A stretch of 64,000 bases of DNA from assembly GCA_965203555.1 (NCBI GenBank), contig CBDBCY010000004.1, forward strand, positions 864,001 to 928,000, in the 5' to 3' direction. The notes under the pieces are model-generated. The model did no database searches. It was given only the letters and a program-made list of their open reading frames with translations, and was not told the origin of the DNA. This stretch comes from Acidimicrobiia bacterium. GTDB taxonomy: Bacteria; Actinomycetota; Acidimicrobiia; Spongiisociales; ZC4RG35. Positions 50,225-60,677 of the stretch are shown here, in pieces (position 1 is the first letter of the stretch; every line of letters begins with the position of its first letter). The position numbers and the translations under genes were made by a program.

Positions 50225-51259
50225 ATGACGGACGAACGGGTAAGGCAAATGGGCCTGGCCAATCGGCTCCTGACAAGACCGGAGTTCGGGGCGTTCCTGG
50301 CTCTGGTGGTGGTGTGGATCTTTTTCGCCATTGTGGCATTCGACAACAACTTCGTGTCGTGGACCACCACCGCATCCATTCTCAACCGGGCCGCCCCGCT
50401 CGGCATCCTGGCGGTGGCGGTGGCGCTATTGATGATCGCCGGCGAGTTCGACCTATCGATCGGATCGATAGTGGGATTCGCCGGAATGGCGGTCATGTTG
50501 CTGGTCACCCCAGCCGACGCAGGCGGCTTCGGGCTTCCTGTCTGGATCGCGGTGCTGATCGCTCTGATAATCACCCTGCTCACCGGATTCTTCAACGGGG
50601 TGCTGGTGATGGCCACCAGGCTGCCGTCTTTCATCATCACCTTGGGGTCATTGTTCATCTTCCGAGGCTTGGCGGTGGCCATCCCGCGACTGATGACCAA
50701 CCGCACCCAGCTGGGTGGATTCGAGGACTATGACTCCGGAGGCTGGGCGGCGACCTTCGCCACGAAGATAGAGTTGGGCGGCGCCAGGTTTGACATCGCC
50801 ATCGTCTGGTGGATCGTCATTGCGGCGATCGCCACGATGCTGCTGCTCAAAACCCATATCGGCAACTGGATCTTCGGAGCGGGAGGCGACGCCAACGCTG
50901 CTCGTAACATCGGCGTCCCGGTGGCCAGGCTCAAGATAGCGCTGTTCATGATAACCGCGCTGGCCGCTTTCATCGTGGCGCTGATCCAGGCAACCCAACT
51001 CAACAGCGCCGATTCACTGCGTGGCACGCTCAAGGAATTCGAAGCCATCATCGCCGTGGTGGTGGGCGGGACCCTGCTCACCGGCGGTTACGGATCGGTG
51101 CTGGGGCCGGTGTTCGGCGCTCTGATCTTCGCCATGGTGCAGCAGGGCATCATCATTACCGGGGTTGACGGGGACTGGTTCCGCGTATTCGTAGGAGGCA
51201 TCCTGGTTCTGGCAGTGATCTTCAATAACTTCATCCGACAGAGAGCGAGCAGACGATGA
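50225..51259 (+). CDS. Sugar ABC transporter permease (RbsC-like)
   Basis: [27 protein letters not shown]. Confidence 0.92.
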   Translation: MTDERVRQMGLANRLLTRPEFGAFLALVVVWIFFAIVAFDNNFVSWTTTASILNRAAPLGILAVAVALLMIAGEFDLSIGSIVGFAGMAVMLLVTPADAGGFGLPVWIAVLIALIITLLTGFFNGVLVMATRLPSFIITLGSLFIFRGLAVAIPRLMTNRTQLGGFEDYDSGGWAATFATKIELGGARFDIAIVWWIVIAAIATMLLLKTHIGNWIFGAGGDANAARNIGVPVARLKIALFMITALAAFIVALIQATQLNSADSLRGTLKEFEAIIAVVVGGTLLTGGYGSVLGPVFGALIFAMVQQGIIITGVDGDWFRVFVGGILVLAVIFNNFIRQRASRR

Positions 51260-52035
51260 GCGACAAGATTCTCGAAATCCAGAACGTATCCAAATTCTTC
51301 GGAAGCGTCATAGCTCTTCAGAACGTCTCGATGTTCGTCCGGCCCGGACAGGTCACCTGCCTCCTGGGCGACAACGGAGCGGGCAAGTCCACCCTGATCA
51401 AGACCTTGGCCGGGGTTCACAAGCCCAGCGAAGGACGGTACTTCTTCGAAGGCAAGGAGACACTGTTCGAATCGCCGCGAGAGGCCCTGAACGCCGGAAT
51501 CGCCACCGTCTACCAGGACTTGGCGATGATCCCCCTGATGTCGATCTGGCGGAATTTCTTCCTGGGCTCGGAGCCCTTGAAGGCCGGACCGTTTTTTGAC
51601 ATCGAGAACGCCAAGCGGATCACACGCGAAGAGATGGCCAAAATGGGGATCGACATCCGAGATCCCGATCAGCCGGTAGGAACCCTTTCAGGAGGCGAGC
51701 GCCAGTCGGTGGCCATAGCCCGAGCGGTCTACTTCGGGGCCAAGGTTTTGATCCTGGACGAGCCCACGGCCGCTTTGGGAGTCAAGCAGGCAGGTGTGGT
51801 GCTTCGGTACATCGTCGAAGCCCGCAATCGGGGCATAGGAGTGATCTTCATCACTCACAATCCCCACCACGCCTATCCGGTGGGGGACCACTTCGTGATC
51901 CTCAAGCGGGGGCAGATCCTCGGCGACTACGCCAAGGACGAAGTGGCGATCGACCATCTGATCCAGATGATGGCCGGCGGCGCCGACCTGGAGCAACTCC
52001 AACACGAACTGGCGGAAGCAACCGGAAGAAGTTAG
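51256..52035 (+). CDS. Sugar ABC transporter ATP-binding protein
   Basis: [21 protein letters not shown]. Confidence 0.94.
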   Translation: MSDKILEIQNVSKFFGSVIALQNVSMFVRPGQVTCLLGDNGAGKSTLIKTLAGVHKPSEGRYFFEGKETLFESPREALNAGIATVYQDLAMIPLMSIWRNFFLGSEPLKAGPFFDIENAKRITREEMAKMGIDIRDPDQPVGTLSGGERQSVAIARAVYFGAKVLILDEPTAALGVKQAGVVLRYIVEARNRGIGVIFITHNPHHAYPVGDHFVILKRGQILGDYAKDEVAIDHLIQMMAGGADLEQLQHELAEATGRS

Positions 52036-52063
52036 CAGAGACTCTCTACGGGGTGCGGGTCGC

Positions 52064-52645
52064 TCAGCGGCCCCCACCCCACTTACGTACCGTTTCTATC
52101 GCTTCGGAAGTCAAAGAGATCCGGTAGTTCATCACCGGCCGCGACAGTATCAGCCTCACCACCGCCTCGGCATATTGCTCTGACGGAGTTCCCTCCCACG
52201 TCGGTCCCTCGAACCATGCAGTGCCGGGCGGTAGTTTCTGCGCCTCCAGAAAGGCCTCCCGCAATTCGGCATGGTCGGCGCACACATGTTCAACATGATG
52301 AGCCAGTTCATGTATCAGGGAATGACGAAGGTGCGGAGCGGTAGCCGGGATATCCAGGACCACCCTGGCATCTTCGGGAATGTAATAGGCCTTCGATCCC
52401 TCCAGGGTCCAATCCCCTTCCAGGGTTACTTCGCCGATGCACCCTGCTTGGTTTGGGAACGCCCCCAGGAACTCATCCCAGACCTCCCGGCCCAGAACCC
52501 GCAGGTCGGAGGGGGTGTCGCGGGCAAATAACAGGGCAGGAGAGGAGCTTCCGCACGCTGCCATGAACGCCCCTGCCAGCCAGCAGAGGACAACCAGCCG
52601 GAAAGGGCCGGCATTCTTCCTGGTTAATCTCTGGTGGGTGGACAT
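52064..52645 (-). CDS. Hypothetical lipoprotein with a zincin-like HExxH motif
   Basis: MAAC lipobox; LIHELAHH followed by SEQYAE. Confidence 0.65.
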   Translation of the reverse strand: MSTHQRLTRKNAGPFRLVVLCWLAGAFMAACGSSSPALLFARDTPSDLRVLGREVWDEFLGAFPNQAGCIGEVTLEGDWTLEGSKAYYIPEDARVVLDIPATAPHLRHSLIHELAHHVEHVCADHAELREAFLEAQKLPPGTAWFEGPTWEGTPSEQYAEAVVRLILSRPVMNYRISLTSEAIETVRKWGGGR

Positions 52646-52679
52646 TCCACATCGACTCTATAGAGGATGGGCCCATCCA

Positions 52680-53630
52680 ATGATCAACGACAGTCTCTAC
52701 CAACGTTTGATCGATATCCGGGCCCATGCACCCGAGAGGGTGCTGGAGCTCGCCCGCCGGCGTCGGCGTCGCCCCCTGCTGGTCCCCTACGAGCAGTTGT
52801 GCGAAGGGACGGTGGGCGGTGACCGGCTATTCTTGGTGGCCGTCGACCACCCGGCCCGCGGCGCGATCGGCGTGGGTGGGGATCCGCTGCGAATGGCCGA
52901 CCGGCGGGACCTTCTCTCCCGGCTGAGCATCGCTTTGTCCCATCCGGGAGTGGACGGGCTGCTGGCCACTCCCGACATCGTCGAAGATCTGCTTATCCTG
53001 GGATCTCTTACCTCGGGCCCGTCGCTTCTGGATGACAAGGTGGTGTTCGGCTCTATGAACCGGGGCGGTCTGGCCGGGTCCGCCTGGGAGTTGGACGATC
53101 CCATCACCGCCTACCACGCGGCCGCCATTTTCCGGATGAATCTTGACGGTGGAAAGCTCCTGCTGCGCATCGACCGCAACGACCCGGCCAGTCTGAAAAC
53201 CCTCTATCAATGCGCCCGGGCCATCCGCATTCTCACCGCCCAGAAGGTGCCGGTGGCGGCGATGGTGGAACCTCTCCCCGCCTTTCGTGACGAACACGGA
53301 ACGCTTCGGATCGACACCAGTCCCGAGGCCCTGATCGGGGTGATCGCCATCGCCTCGGGGCTGGGTCCCACCAGCGCCCAAACCTGGCTGAAGCTGCCCC
53401 CACCCAGCTCTGATCCCCTGAGGGTTTTCGCAGCCTCCACGCTGCCGGTGCTGCTCCTGGGAGGAGACCCGGGTGATCGAGGCGACGAGCTCTTGGCCTC
53501 CTGGGAGGAAGCCATGGAGGCGCCGACGGTCAGAGGTCTGGTAGCCGGGCGCAGTCTCATCTACCCCGCCGACGACGATGTTGCGGGATGGGTTGATCGA
53601 GCGGCCCGAATAGTCCACCCCCATCTTTGA
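52680..53630 (+). CDS. Class I aldolase-like protein of actinobacterial iol clusters (probable IolJ substitute)
   Basis: VAVDHPARG, GSMNRGGLAG, DGGKLL, MVEP, WLKLP, LLLGGD, GRSLIYP. Confidence 0.8.
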   Translation: MINDSLYQRLIDIRAHAPERVLELARRRRRRPLLVPYEQLCEGTVGGDRLFLVAVDHPARGAIGVGGDPLRMADRRDLLSRLSIALSHPGVDGLLATPDIVEDLLILGSLTSGPSLLDDKVVFGSMNRGGLAGSAWELDDPITAYHAAAIFRMNLDGGKLLLRIDRNDPASLKTLYQCARAIRILTAQKVPVAAMVEPLPAFRDEHGTLRIDTSPEALIGVIAIASGLGPTSAQTWLKLPPPSSDPLRVFAASTLPVLLLGGDPGDRGDELLASWEEAMEAPTVRGLVAGRSLIYPADDDVAGWVDRAARIVHPHL

Positions 53631-53642
53631 CCCGGCCCTGTT

Positions 53643-54500
53643 GTGACCGTCATCGAAGCGCCCCTTTTCCGACCGACCGGCTCTCTGGCCGGCGGAGGCG
53701 ATCCTATCAGGTTGACTCCCGAGCAGGCGGGTTGGACCTGGTGCGGAATGATGGTGGTGGAACTCCAGGCGGGTGAGACCAGGGCGATCGGATTGGGCGA
53801 AGCCGAAGCAGCCGTGGTGCCCCTCCAAGGTTCCTGCCGGGTGGCGAACTCCGATATCGCCTTTGAATTGGAGGGCCGAGCCAGTGTGTTCTCCGGGCTG
53901 ACGGACCTGTGCTTCATTCCAAAGGGATCCGAGGTCTCCATCTTCTCGATGGAGGGTGGCCGTTTCTTTGTCGCCACGTCCATGGCAACACGAACCACCG
54001 AACCCCGCTACTACCCGGCTTCCGATGTAAGAGTGGACCTGCGCGGCGCCGGGCAGGCCACCCGACAGATCAACAATCTGCTAACCGCCGACGTGCCGGG
54101 GCCCGACAAACTGCTGGTGGTGGAAGTGCTGACGCCGGCCGGGAACTGGTCCTCATACCCGCCTCACAAGCACGACGAACTCTCCGAACATGAGACCCCG
54201 CTGGAGGAGATCTACTACTTCGAGATCGACGGACCCGGGGGATTCGGGTTCCACCGCACGTACACCTTGGACGGTGAGATCGACGAGACGGCGACGGTCC
54301 GAAGCGGTGACGTCTTCCTGGTGCCGAGGGGCTACCACGGCCCGTGCGTGGCGGCGCCCGGCTACCACATGTACTACCTGAACGTCATGGCCGGCCCCCA
54401 GCCGGGCCGTGAGTGGCTGATCTGCACCGATCCTGCCTACCGATGGTTATGGGACGCCTGGACCGACGAACCCCCCGACCCCCGCCTCCCGCTCTACTGA
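53643..54500 (+). CDS. iolB: 5-deoxy-glucuronate isomerase
   Basis: GNWSSYPPHKHD, LEEIYYF, GYHGP, YYLNVMAGP. Confidence 0.96.
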   Translation: MTVIEAPLFRPTGSLAGGGDPIRLTPEQAGWTWCGMMVVELQAGETRAIGLGEAEAAVVPLQGSCRVANSDIAFELEGRASVFSGLTDLCFIPKGSEVSIFSMEGGRFFVATSMATRTTEPRYYPASDVRVDLRGAGQATRQINNLLTADVPGPDKLLVVEVLTPAGNWSSYPPHKHDELSEHETPLEEIYYFEIDGPGGFGFHRTYTLDGEIDETATVRSGDVFLVPRGYHGPCVAAPGYHMYYLNVMAGPQPGREWLICTDPAYRWLWDAWTDEPPDPRLPLY

Positions 54501-55540
54501 AAGTGATCGGTTAGGCGAGACCCTTCGCGGAACTCCACCACCTCTGCCAGAGTGGGAAAGGCTGTCGAGCAGCCGGGGCGGCTCACTGTGATGGCCCCAC
54601 AGGCATTGGCGAAGCTCACCGCCTCCGCCCAGTCCTGTCCGGACAGCCGACTGTAGATGAGGCCCGAGGCGAAGGAGTCTCCCGCTCCGACCGTGTTCAC
54701 GATCTCGGCCCGGTAGCCGGGGACCTCTTGGCGCGTACCGTCGGAATGGAACAGCCAGGTTGGATCCGCTCCTCTCTTCAACAACATGGTAGAGGGACCG
54801 CCTGCGGCGGCGGCCAGGTCGGCGACCGTGGCTTCGACCCACCGGCGCTGTGGACCGGTCAACGGGCCGTGAGTAAGGCTCGGCCCGGGATCAGGCGCCA
54901 GGGCGCCCCATAGTTCTTCGTAAGTCCCGATCACCACCTCCACCAGTGGGATGGCTGATCGCATAGCTCTCCCGTAGTCGAGATGGTCGGCCCACTCGGC
55001 GGGACGCATGTCCAGATCCAGAAACGAGGCCATCCCAAGCCGGTGCGCTTCTTCCACCAACCACTGAGCCGTATGGGCACAATCGCCGCGGCTGAAGGCA
55101 TTACCAGAGTGCTGGATGGCCCGTATATCGGCCAGCGGCACGGAGGCGGCGTCTTCCACCGTGAGGTGGATGTCGGCCGGGTCGGAACGGTAGAACATCA
55201 ACGGAAAGTGATCGGGAGGCTCCACCCCGAGCAGGGCCAGTGACGACAGAAACCCCGGCTTGCGAAGGACGAACCTCGTGTCCACCCCGTCGGCCGCCAA
55301 CCGATGAAGGATCAGGTCCCCCACCTGGTCTTCCCCCACCGCCGTGAAGGCCGCCGACCGCAATCCCAGCCTGGCGGTCCCGATGGCGATGTTGGTGGGG
55401 CTTCCGCCCACCATGGCCTCGAAACCGGTCACCTCCCGGAACGGCGCTCCGATCTGTTGCGAGTAGAGATCGAGGTTAACCCTTCCCACCGTGATCAGAT
55501 CAAGGGTGCTCACATCCGAAAGGTCATTGGGGAAACGCAC
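54494..55540 (-). CDS. iolC: 5-dehydro-2-deoxygluconokinase
   Basis: GRVNLDLYSQQIG, GGSPTNIA, PPDHFPLMFYR, GAGDSF. Confidence 0.92.
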   Translation of the reverse strand: MRFPNDLSDVSTLDLITVGRVNLDLYSQQIGAPFREVTGFEAMVGGSPTNIAIGTARLGLRSAAFTAVGEDQVGDLILHRLAADGVDTRFVLRKPGFLSSLALLGVEPPDHFPLMFYRSDPADIHLTVEDAASVPLADIRAIQHSGNAFSRGDCAHTAQWLVEEAHRLGMASFLDLDMRPAEWADHLDYGRAMRSAIPLVEVVIGTYEELWGALAPDPGPSLTHGPLTGPQRRWVEATVADLAAAAGGPSTMLLKRGADPTWLFHSDGTRQEVPGYRAEIVNTVGAGDSFASGLIYSRLSGQDWAEAVSFANACGAITVSRPGCSTAFPTLAEVVEFREGSRLTDHFQ

Positions 55541-55546
55541 GCTGGG

Positions 55547-56602
55547 TCACGACGACCCGGAGAATACCTTGCGCATGCTGTTGTAGACGAGGGGCAGATG
55601 CCAAAGAGGCATGCTTTCGTTGGCGGTATGGGCCTCCGACGTATCGCCCGGGCCGAAGTTGACGGAAGGAATTCCCCGGGCCCCGAGCCGGGCGACATCC
55701 GTCCAGCCCTGCTTGGAACCGATTCCCACCCCGGCCGCTCCGGCCAGTTCCGTCACCAGAGGATGATCGGTTACCACCCGACCGGAGGGGGCCGCGTCCA
55801 CGATCTCCACCTCGTCTGCATCCCGGCACGCTTTCCGCACCTCTTCCTCAGCCTCCGCGACGGTGCGGTGCGGGCCGAACCGGTAGTTGAGATTCAACTC
55901 GAACCGCGGAGGGATGATGTTGGCCGCCAGTCCACCCCGGGCGAGGGTTACCGACATCACCTCCTTGAAAACCAGCCCGCCGATATCCACCGGCCCCGGC
56001 CGGCGACCATGCATCTTCGCAAGCCAGGCGCCCGCCTTGGAGATGGCGTTCTCCCCCCACCAGGGCCTAGCCGAGTGCGACGACTTGCCGGAAAAGATGA
56101 CCCTGGCGTTCATCACCCCATTGCACCCCGCCTGAATCTCGCCATCGGACGGCTCCAGCAGCACTCCGAAGGAGGCCGAAGACAACCATTCGCACTCGTT
56201 CAGCACCGGCTCCAGCCCGTTGTTGGCGAACTTTCCCTCCTCAGCCTCGTAAAAAACGGCCGCCAGCCGATAGGGCCAGGTGGCCTCGGCCTCCTCCATC
56301 AGATGAAGCATCACCGCCACTCCCCCCTTCATGTCGGAAGCCCCCAACCCGCACATACGATCTTTCTTCACATGGGCGGCAGGCTGGCCCTGCGACGGCA
56401 CCGTGTCCAGATGACCGGCCAGCAAAACCAGCGGGCCGTCTCCTGCGGTTGCCGCCACCAGCGAGTTATTCACCCGTCTCTGGGAAAGGTGCGGGGCGTT
56501 AACGGCCAAACGTTGGGAAACATAGTCGCAAATCCGGGCTTCGTCGCCGGTGACCGAAGGGATGTCGATCAGCTCGGCCAGCGTCTCCGAAAGGGTTGTC
56601 AA
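55547..56602 (-). CDS. dapE: Succinyl-diaminopimelate desuccinylase
   Basis: LAGHLDTVP, GASDMKGG, EAEE, HSARPW, GWTDVAR, AHT.NE. Confidence 0.93.
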   Translation of the reverse strand: MTTLSETLAELIDIPSVTGDEARICDYVSQRLAVNAPHLSQRRVNNSLVAATAGDGPLVLLAGHLDTVPSQGQPAAHVKKDRMCGLGASDMKGGVAVMLHLMEEAEATWPYRLAAVFYEAEEGKFANNGLEPVLNECEWLSSASFGVLLEPSDGEIQAGCNGVMNARVIFSGKSSHSARPWWGENAISKAGAWLAKMHGRRPGPVDIGGLVFKEVMSVTLARGGLAANIIPPRFELNLNYRFGPHRTVAEAEEEVRKACRDADEVEIVDAAPSGRVVTDHPLVTELAGAAGVGIGSKQGWTDVARLGARGIPSVNFGPGDTSEAHTANESMPLWHLPLVYNSMRKVFSGSS

Positions 56603-57405
56603 ACCTGAACTCCGAAGGTGCGCAGCGCTTCATTGAGAGAAGTCTTCCGGTCGGTGGAGGCGGTCCTCTCTCCGATAATCAAGGCGCAGGGCAGCCCGTA
56701 CTCTCCCGCAGGGAAGGAGCGGGGGCGCACTCCGGGAATCACCACCGAGTTGGCCGGCACGACCCCCCGGAACTCCACCGGCGCCTCTCCCCGCACGTCG
56801 ATGATGCGAGTTGAGGAGGTGATAGTGGTATTGGCGCCCAGCACCGCTCCCTCCCGAATCACCACCCCCTCGACCACAATGCACCGACTTCCTATAAAGG
56901 CGCCGTCTTCGATGATCACCGGGCGGGCGCCGGGCGGCTCCAGGACCCCTCCGATCCCCACCCCTCCCGAAAGGTGGACGCCCCGTCCCACCTGGGCGCA
57001 AGATCCAACCGTGGCCCAGGTGTCCACCATCGACCCGGATCCCACCCAGGCGCCGATGTTGACGTATCCCGGCATCACGATCACCCCCGGCTCGCAGAAG
57101 GCGCCATACCGAACCACTCCGGGAGGCACCACCCGGACCTGTGCCTCCGCCAGGTTCCGTTTGGTGGGGATCTTGTCATGCCACATCACCGGCCCCCCAT
57201 CCATTTCTTCCATGCCGGTGACCTGGAAATAGAGCAGGATGGCCTCTTTCACCCACTCGTTCACCACCCACTCCCCGGCCACCTTCTCCGCCACCCGGAT
57301 CGCACCCCGGTCGAGCAGATCGATGGTTGACAAAACCGAATCCCGCGCCTCGGCCAACTCCGCCTCTCCGGCGAAGACGGCCCTGATCACATCTTGGTCA
57401 GACAT
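56599..57405 (-). CDS. dapD: Tetrahydrodipicolinate N-succinyltransferase
   Basis: WVVNEWVKEAILLYF, DKIP, MVDTWATVGSCAQ, GGVLEP; start MSDQD. Confidence 0.96.
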   Translation of the reverse strand: MSDQDVIRAVFAGEAELAEARDSVLSTIDLLDRGAIRVAEKVAGEWVVNEWVKEAILLYFQVTGMEEMDGGPVMWHDKIPTKRNLAEAQVRVVPPGVVRYGAFCEPGVIVMPGYVNIGAWVGSGSMVDTWATVGSCAQVGRGVHLSGGVGIGGVLEPPGARPVIIEDGAFIGSRCIVVEGVVIREGAVLGANTTITSSTRIIDVRGEAPVEFRGVVPANSVVIPGVRPRSFPAGEYGLPCALIIGERTASTDRKTSLNEALRTFGVQV

Positions 57406-58541
57406 TCTTCCAACACCTCCACGGCTTGTTTGCACTCCTCGGGGCTGGGTACCAGCGCCAACCTTATATGACCTTCCCCGCCGGCGCCGAACGCCCGCCC
57501 CGGAGAGACCACCACCCCGCGCTCCAGCAACCGCAGGGTGGTCTCCAGATCGTCGCCCACTTCCACCCACAGATACAACCCGGCGTCGGATGCCGCGATC
57601 CGGTATCCCGTCCTCGCGAAGACTTCCCGGAGGATCGCCCGCTTTTCCGAGAATATCCGTCGTCGTTCTCCCACATGGGCGTCGTCCGACCAAGCCGCAA
57701 CCGCGGCCATCTGGGTGAACTCAGGGGGGGCTGTGCCGGTGGAGGTGCGCAGCGAGGTCAGCGCCCTGATCGCCCGGGAGTCTCCCACCATCGCCGCCGA
57801 GCGATAACCGGTCATCCCCGAACGCTTGGAGAGGCTCAGGTAGCTGATAACTCCGGTAAGGTCGGCGTCGGCCACCTCCAGCGCCGAAGCGGGCGGTTCG
57901 GCCTCGTAGAGATCCACGTAGCAGTCGTCGGCGCACAGGAGAACCTCGTATTCGTTGCACTTGACGTAGAACTCTTCGATGTCGGAGCGGCTCATGACCG
58001 AACCCGCCGGGTTGTGCGGCGAGTTGGTCCACACCATCCTGGCGCGAAACCACACGTCTTCGGGCACATCGGATGCTCGGAACACAAAGTCCCCCCCGAG
58101 AGGGACGGGATGTCCGATCGCTCCCGCCAAAAGGGCTCCCCGGCCGTATACGGGGTAGCCGGGGGTGGGCCAGATCACCACATCCCCCCGGCGGGAATCC
58201 ACAAAGGCGAAGGGCGTGGAAAAGATCGCCTCCTTGGAACCTGTTGTAGGGAGCACCTGGGTGTCGGGATCGACCTCCCGACCGAACCGGCGGCGCACAT
58301 AGCCGGCGATCGCCTCCCTCAGTTCTCGAAGCCCGCGGGTGGTCGGATACTGCGACACCTCGGGAACGGCCCGGCGCAGAGCATCCGGGATGAAGGACGG
58401 GGTCGGCTCCCGGGGATCACCGATCGAAAAGTCGATGAGCCTCTCCCCCGCTTCCCTCATGCTCCGCGCCCGGTTCTGGATGGCCGCGATCGGATAGGCG
58501 CCCATCTTCTGCAACACCGGGTTGATCCGCATTCCCATCAC
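57387..58541 (-). CDS. dapC: Succinyldiaminopimelate aminotransferase
   Basis: DFSIGDP, GSKEAIF, NSPHNP, SLSKRSGMTGYRS; operon with dapD and dapE. Confidence 0.88.
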   Translation of the reverse strand: MMGMRINPVLQKMGAYPIAAIQNRARSMREAGERLIDFSIGDPREPTPSFIPDALRRAVPEVSQYPTTRGLRELREAIAGYVRRRFGREVDPDTQVLPTTGSKEAIFSTPFAFVDSRRGDVVIWPTPGYPVYGRGALLAGAIGHPVPLGGDFVFRASDVPEDVWFRARMVWTNSPHNPAGSVMSRSDIEEFYVKCNEYEVLLCADDCYVDLYEAEPPASALEVADADLTGVISYLSLSKRSGMTGYRSAAMVGDSRAIRALTSLRTSTGTAPPEFTQMAAVAAWSDDAHVGERRRIFSEKRAILREVFARTGYRIAASDAGLYLWVEVGDDLETTLRLLERGVVVSPGRAFGAGGEGHIRLALVPSPEECKQAVEVLEECLTKM

Positions 58542-58602
58542 GCTAGCCGTTTGGTTGCCTCAGAAATATCACATTCGAACATTCCCCATCGACGAAACGG
58601 CG

Positions 58603-58626
58603 TATAATGTAGCAACGTATACTCAT
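58603..58626 (+). promoter_or_regulatory. vapBC promoter -10 with an overlapping imperfect palindrome
   Basis: TATAAT at 58603 overlapping atgtagcaacgtatactcat, followed by a GGGAGG RBS. Confidence 0.5.
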
Positions 58627-58639
58627 AGGGAGGTCGTTG

Positions 58640-58903
58640 ATGACAAGGCCGGCACGAACTATTAGCAGTCGGGAGTTCAACCAGAGCACCGGCGCCGCCA
58701 AGAGAGCCGCCCGAAATGGTCCGGTTTACATAACCGACCGCGGTCGGCCGTCCCATGTCCTGTTGAGCTACGAGCATTACCGGGAAATCGCCGATGACCA
58801 GCCCAGCATCGTCGACATTCTCGGGGAACCGCCAGGCATTGGTGATATTGACTTCGAGATTCCCAGGCGGGATGATGTAGCCCGTGCCGCGGTTTTTGAC
58901 TGA
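58640..58903 (+). CDS. Phd/YefM family antitoxin
   Basis: TISSREFNQ..AKRAARNGPVYITDRGRPSHVLLS. Confidence 0.92.
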   Translation: MTRPARTISSREFNQSTGAAKRAARNGPVYITDRGRPSHVLLSYEHYREIADDQPSIVDILGEPPGIGDIDFEIPRRDDVARAAVFD

Positions 58904-59328
58904 TGTTTCTGCTCGACACAAATGTGGTGTCGGAGTTACGTAAAGTGAAGGGCGGCAGAGCCGATCCCAACGTTGGCGCTTGGGTCAACTCAGTGGAGTC
59001 GCAATCCCTGTATGTCTCGGCGATCACCATTCAGGAACTTGAAGTCGGAGTGCTCCTGATTGAGCGACGTGACCCCATTACAGGCGCGCTTCTCAGAGCC
59101 TGGCTCGACAACCAGGTACATAGTGTGTTCAAACACCGCATCCTGCCGGTTGATGCCCAGATAGCGACCCGGGCTGCAGCTCTACACGTTCCGGACCCTG
59201 CTCCGGTAGAGGATGCTCTCATCGCGGCTACCGCTCTGACCCACAGCATGAGAATGGTCACCCGCGACACTCGCCATTTCAACCGCTTCGGGGATCTTGA
59301 GATTCTCAACCCATGGACACCGACCTGA
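58903..59328 (+). CDS. vapC: VapC PIN-domain toxin
   Basis: LLDTNVVSE, EL..G, DALIAATA, VTRD..F; TGATG overlap with the antitoxin. Confidence 0.93.
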   Translation: MFLLDTNVVSELRKVKGGRADPNVGAWVNSVESQSLYVSAITIQELEVGVLLIERRDPITGALLRAWLDNQVHSVFKHRILPVDAQIATRAAALHVPDPAPVEDALIAATALTHSMRMVTRDTRHFNRFGDLEILNPWTPT

Positions 59329-59371
59329 ATCGATACCGTACCGAAAGCCTTCAGGAGTACGAGGGCAATTT

Positions 59372-60661
59372 CTAGGGACCCAGAGAGGTGATGGGCACTA
59401 CCTGGACTCCGTCGGACCGGCGATAGGCGGCGCCGGTGGAAGTCACCACCATCAGCGCAGCCAGTTCGTCAATGCGCCCTTTGGTCACCTTGTTGCGTAA
59501 CCGGAGCAAAGACTTGGCTGCCCGGTCCACCGAGTCCGGGGCAGGACTCAGTTTCACTTCAACCGCTATCCAGGCGCCGTTCTCCCTTTCGACAACCGCG
59601 TCGACCTCCAGTCCCGTTTCGTCGCGGTAGTGAAACAACTCCCCACGATCGGGCTGGCTGTATATGCGGAGATCTCGTACAACGAGTGACTCGAAGAGGA
59701 ACCCGAGCGTCCTGGGATCGGCCAGGAGTCTCTTGGGTGACGCTCCAAGCATCGAGGCCGCAAGTGACGGGTCCACAAAGTGCCGCTTCGGCGCCTTACG
59801 CAGGGTTGCCCTCGAACGAAGGCTCACCGACCACGCCGGAAGATCTTCCACCACAAAGATCCGATCCAAGGCGTCGAGGTAGGCACGGACGGTATGGCGG
59901 CTCAGAGGTCCGTTGTCGGATGCATCTGAGGCCAGCCTCGTCATCTTCGCTTCGGTGGCCACATTTCGGGCCAGAGAGCGCAGCAGTCTCCTTACAGCGC
60001 CGGGATGGTGTTGGATCCCGCTGACCAGGGGTATGTCCAGTCGAACGATCTCGTTCAAGTAGTCGCCCACCGCCAGGCGGGCCTGCTCCTCCCCCAGGTG
60101 GAGACTTCCGGGCCATCCACCCACACAAATGAAGGAAGCGATGTCCCCCAACCCAACATCAGATCTGGGAAGTGCCGAGCCGACGTCGCCACGGAACAAA
60201 TGCCGCAGCGAGACAGAGCCTGTGGAGTGACCCATTTCCTGGAGAGACATCGGTCGCATCAACACCCTGCTGATTCGACCCACCCCGGTATGCCTGGTTC
60301 GGTCATCCGGCGGAAGGGCCGAACCGGTAAGTATGAACTGTCCCGATCGAGCACGGTCGTCGCATTCTCGACGTACCTTGTTCCACAGCCCGGAGACATT
60401 CTGCCATTCGTCCAAGAGTCGAGGTACAGGGCTGTCCAACACCAAGGCGGGATCAGCTTCTGCCAGTAACAGCATCGCCGGTTCGTCGAGGCGCGCCTCG
60501 CTTCGTGCAAAGTGTCGCCCCGTCCAGGTCTTACCACAACCTCTGGCGCCCTCTATCAGGACTGCTCCTCGTCGTTGGAGTGCCCCTCTGATGTCTTCCT
60601 CGGCGATGCGCTGGAGATAGCCTGGCATGGTGAGCGTGGCGGGTAAGTTGGGCGTCCTCAT
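59372..60661 (-). CDS. AAA_14 ATPase with C-terminal DUF4143 (restriction endonuclease-like) domain
   Basis: EGARGCGKT, LLDEWQ, ILTGS, GGWP, PKRHFVDPS, LFESLV, EVDAVVE...AVEVK. Confidence 0.9.
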   Translation of the reverse strand: MRTPNLPATLTMPGYLQRIAEEDIRGALQRRGAVLIEGARGCGKTWTGRHFARSEARLDEPAMLLLAEADPALVLDSPVPRLLDEWQNVSGLWNKVRRECDDRARSGQFILTGSALPPDDRTRHTGVGRISRVLMRPMSLQEMGHSTGSVSLRHLFRGDVGSALPRSDVGLGDIASFICVGGWPGSLHLGEEQARLAVGDYLNEIVRLDIPLVSGIQHHPGAVRRLLRSLARNVATEAKMTRLASDASDNGPLSRHTVRAYLDALDRIFVVEDLPAWSVSLRSRATLRKAPKRHFVDPSLAASMLGASPKRLLADPRTLGFLFESLVVRDLRIYSQPDRGELFHYRDETGLEVDAVVERENGAWIAVEVKLSPAPDSVDRAAKSLLRLRNKVTKGRIDELAALMVVTSTGAAYRRSDGVQVVPITSLGP

Positions 60662-60677
60662 GCGGCGAGACCTTTCA

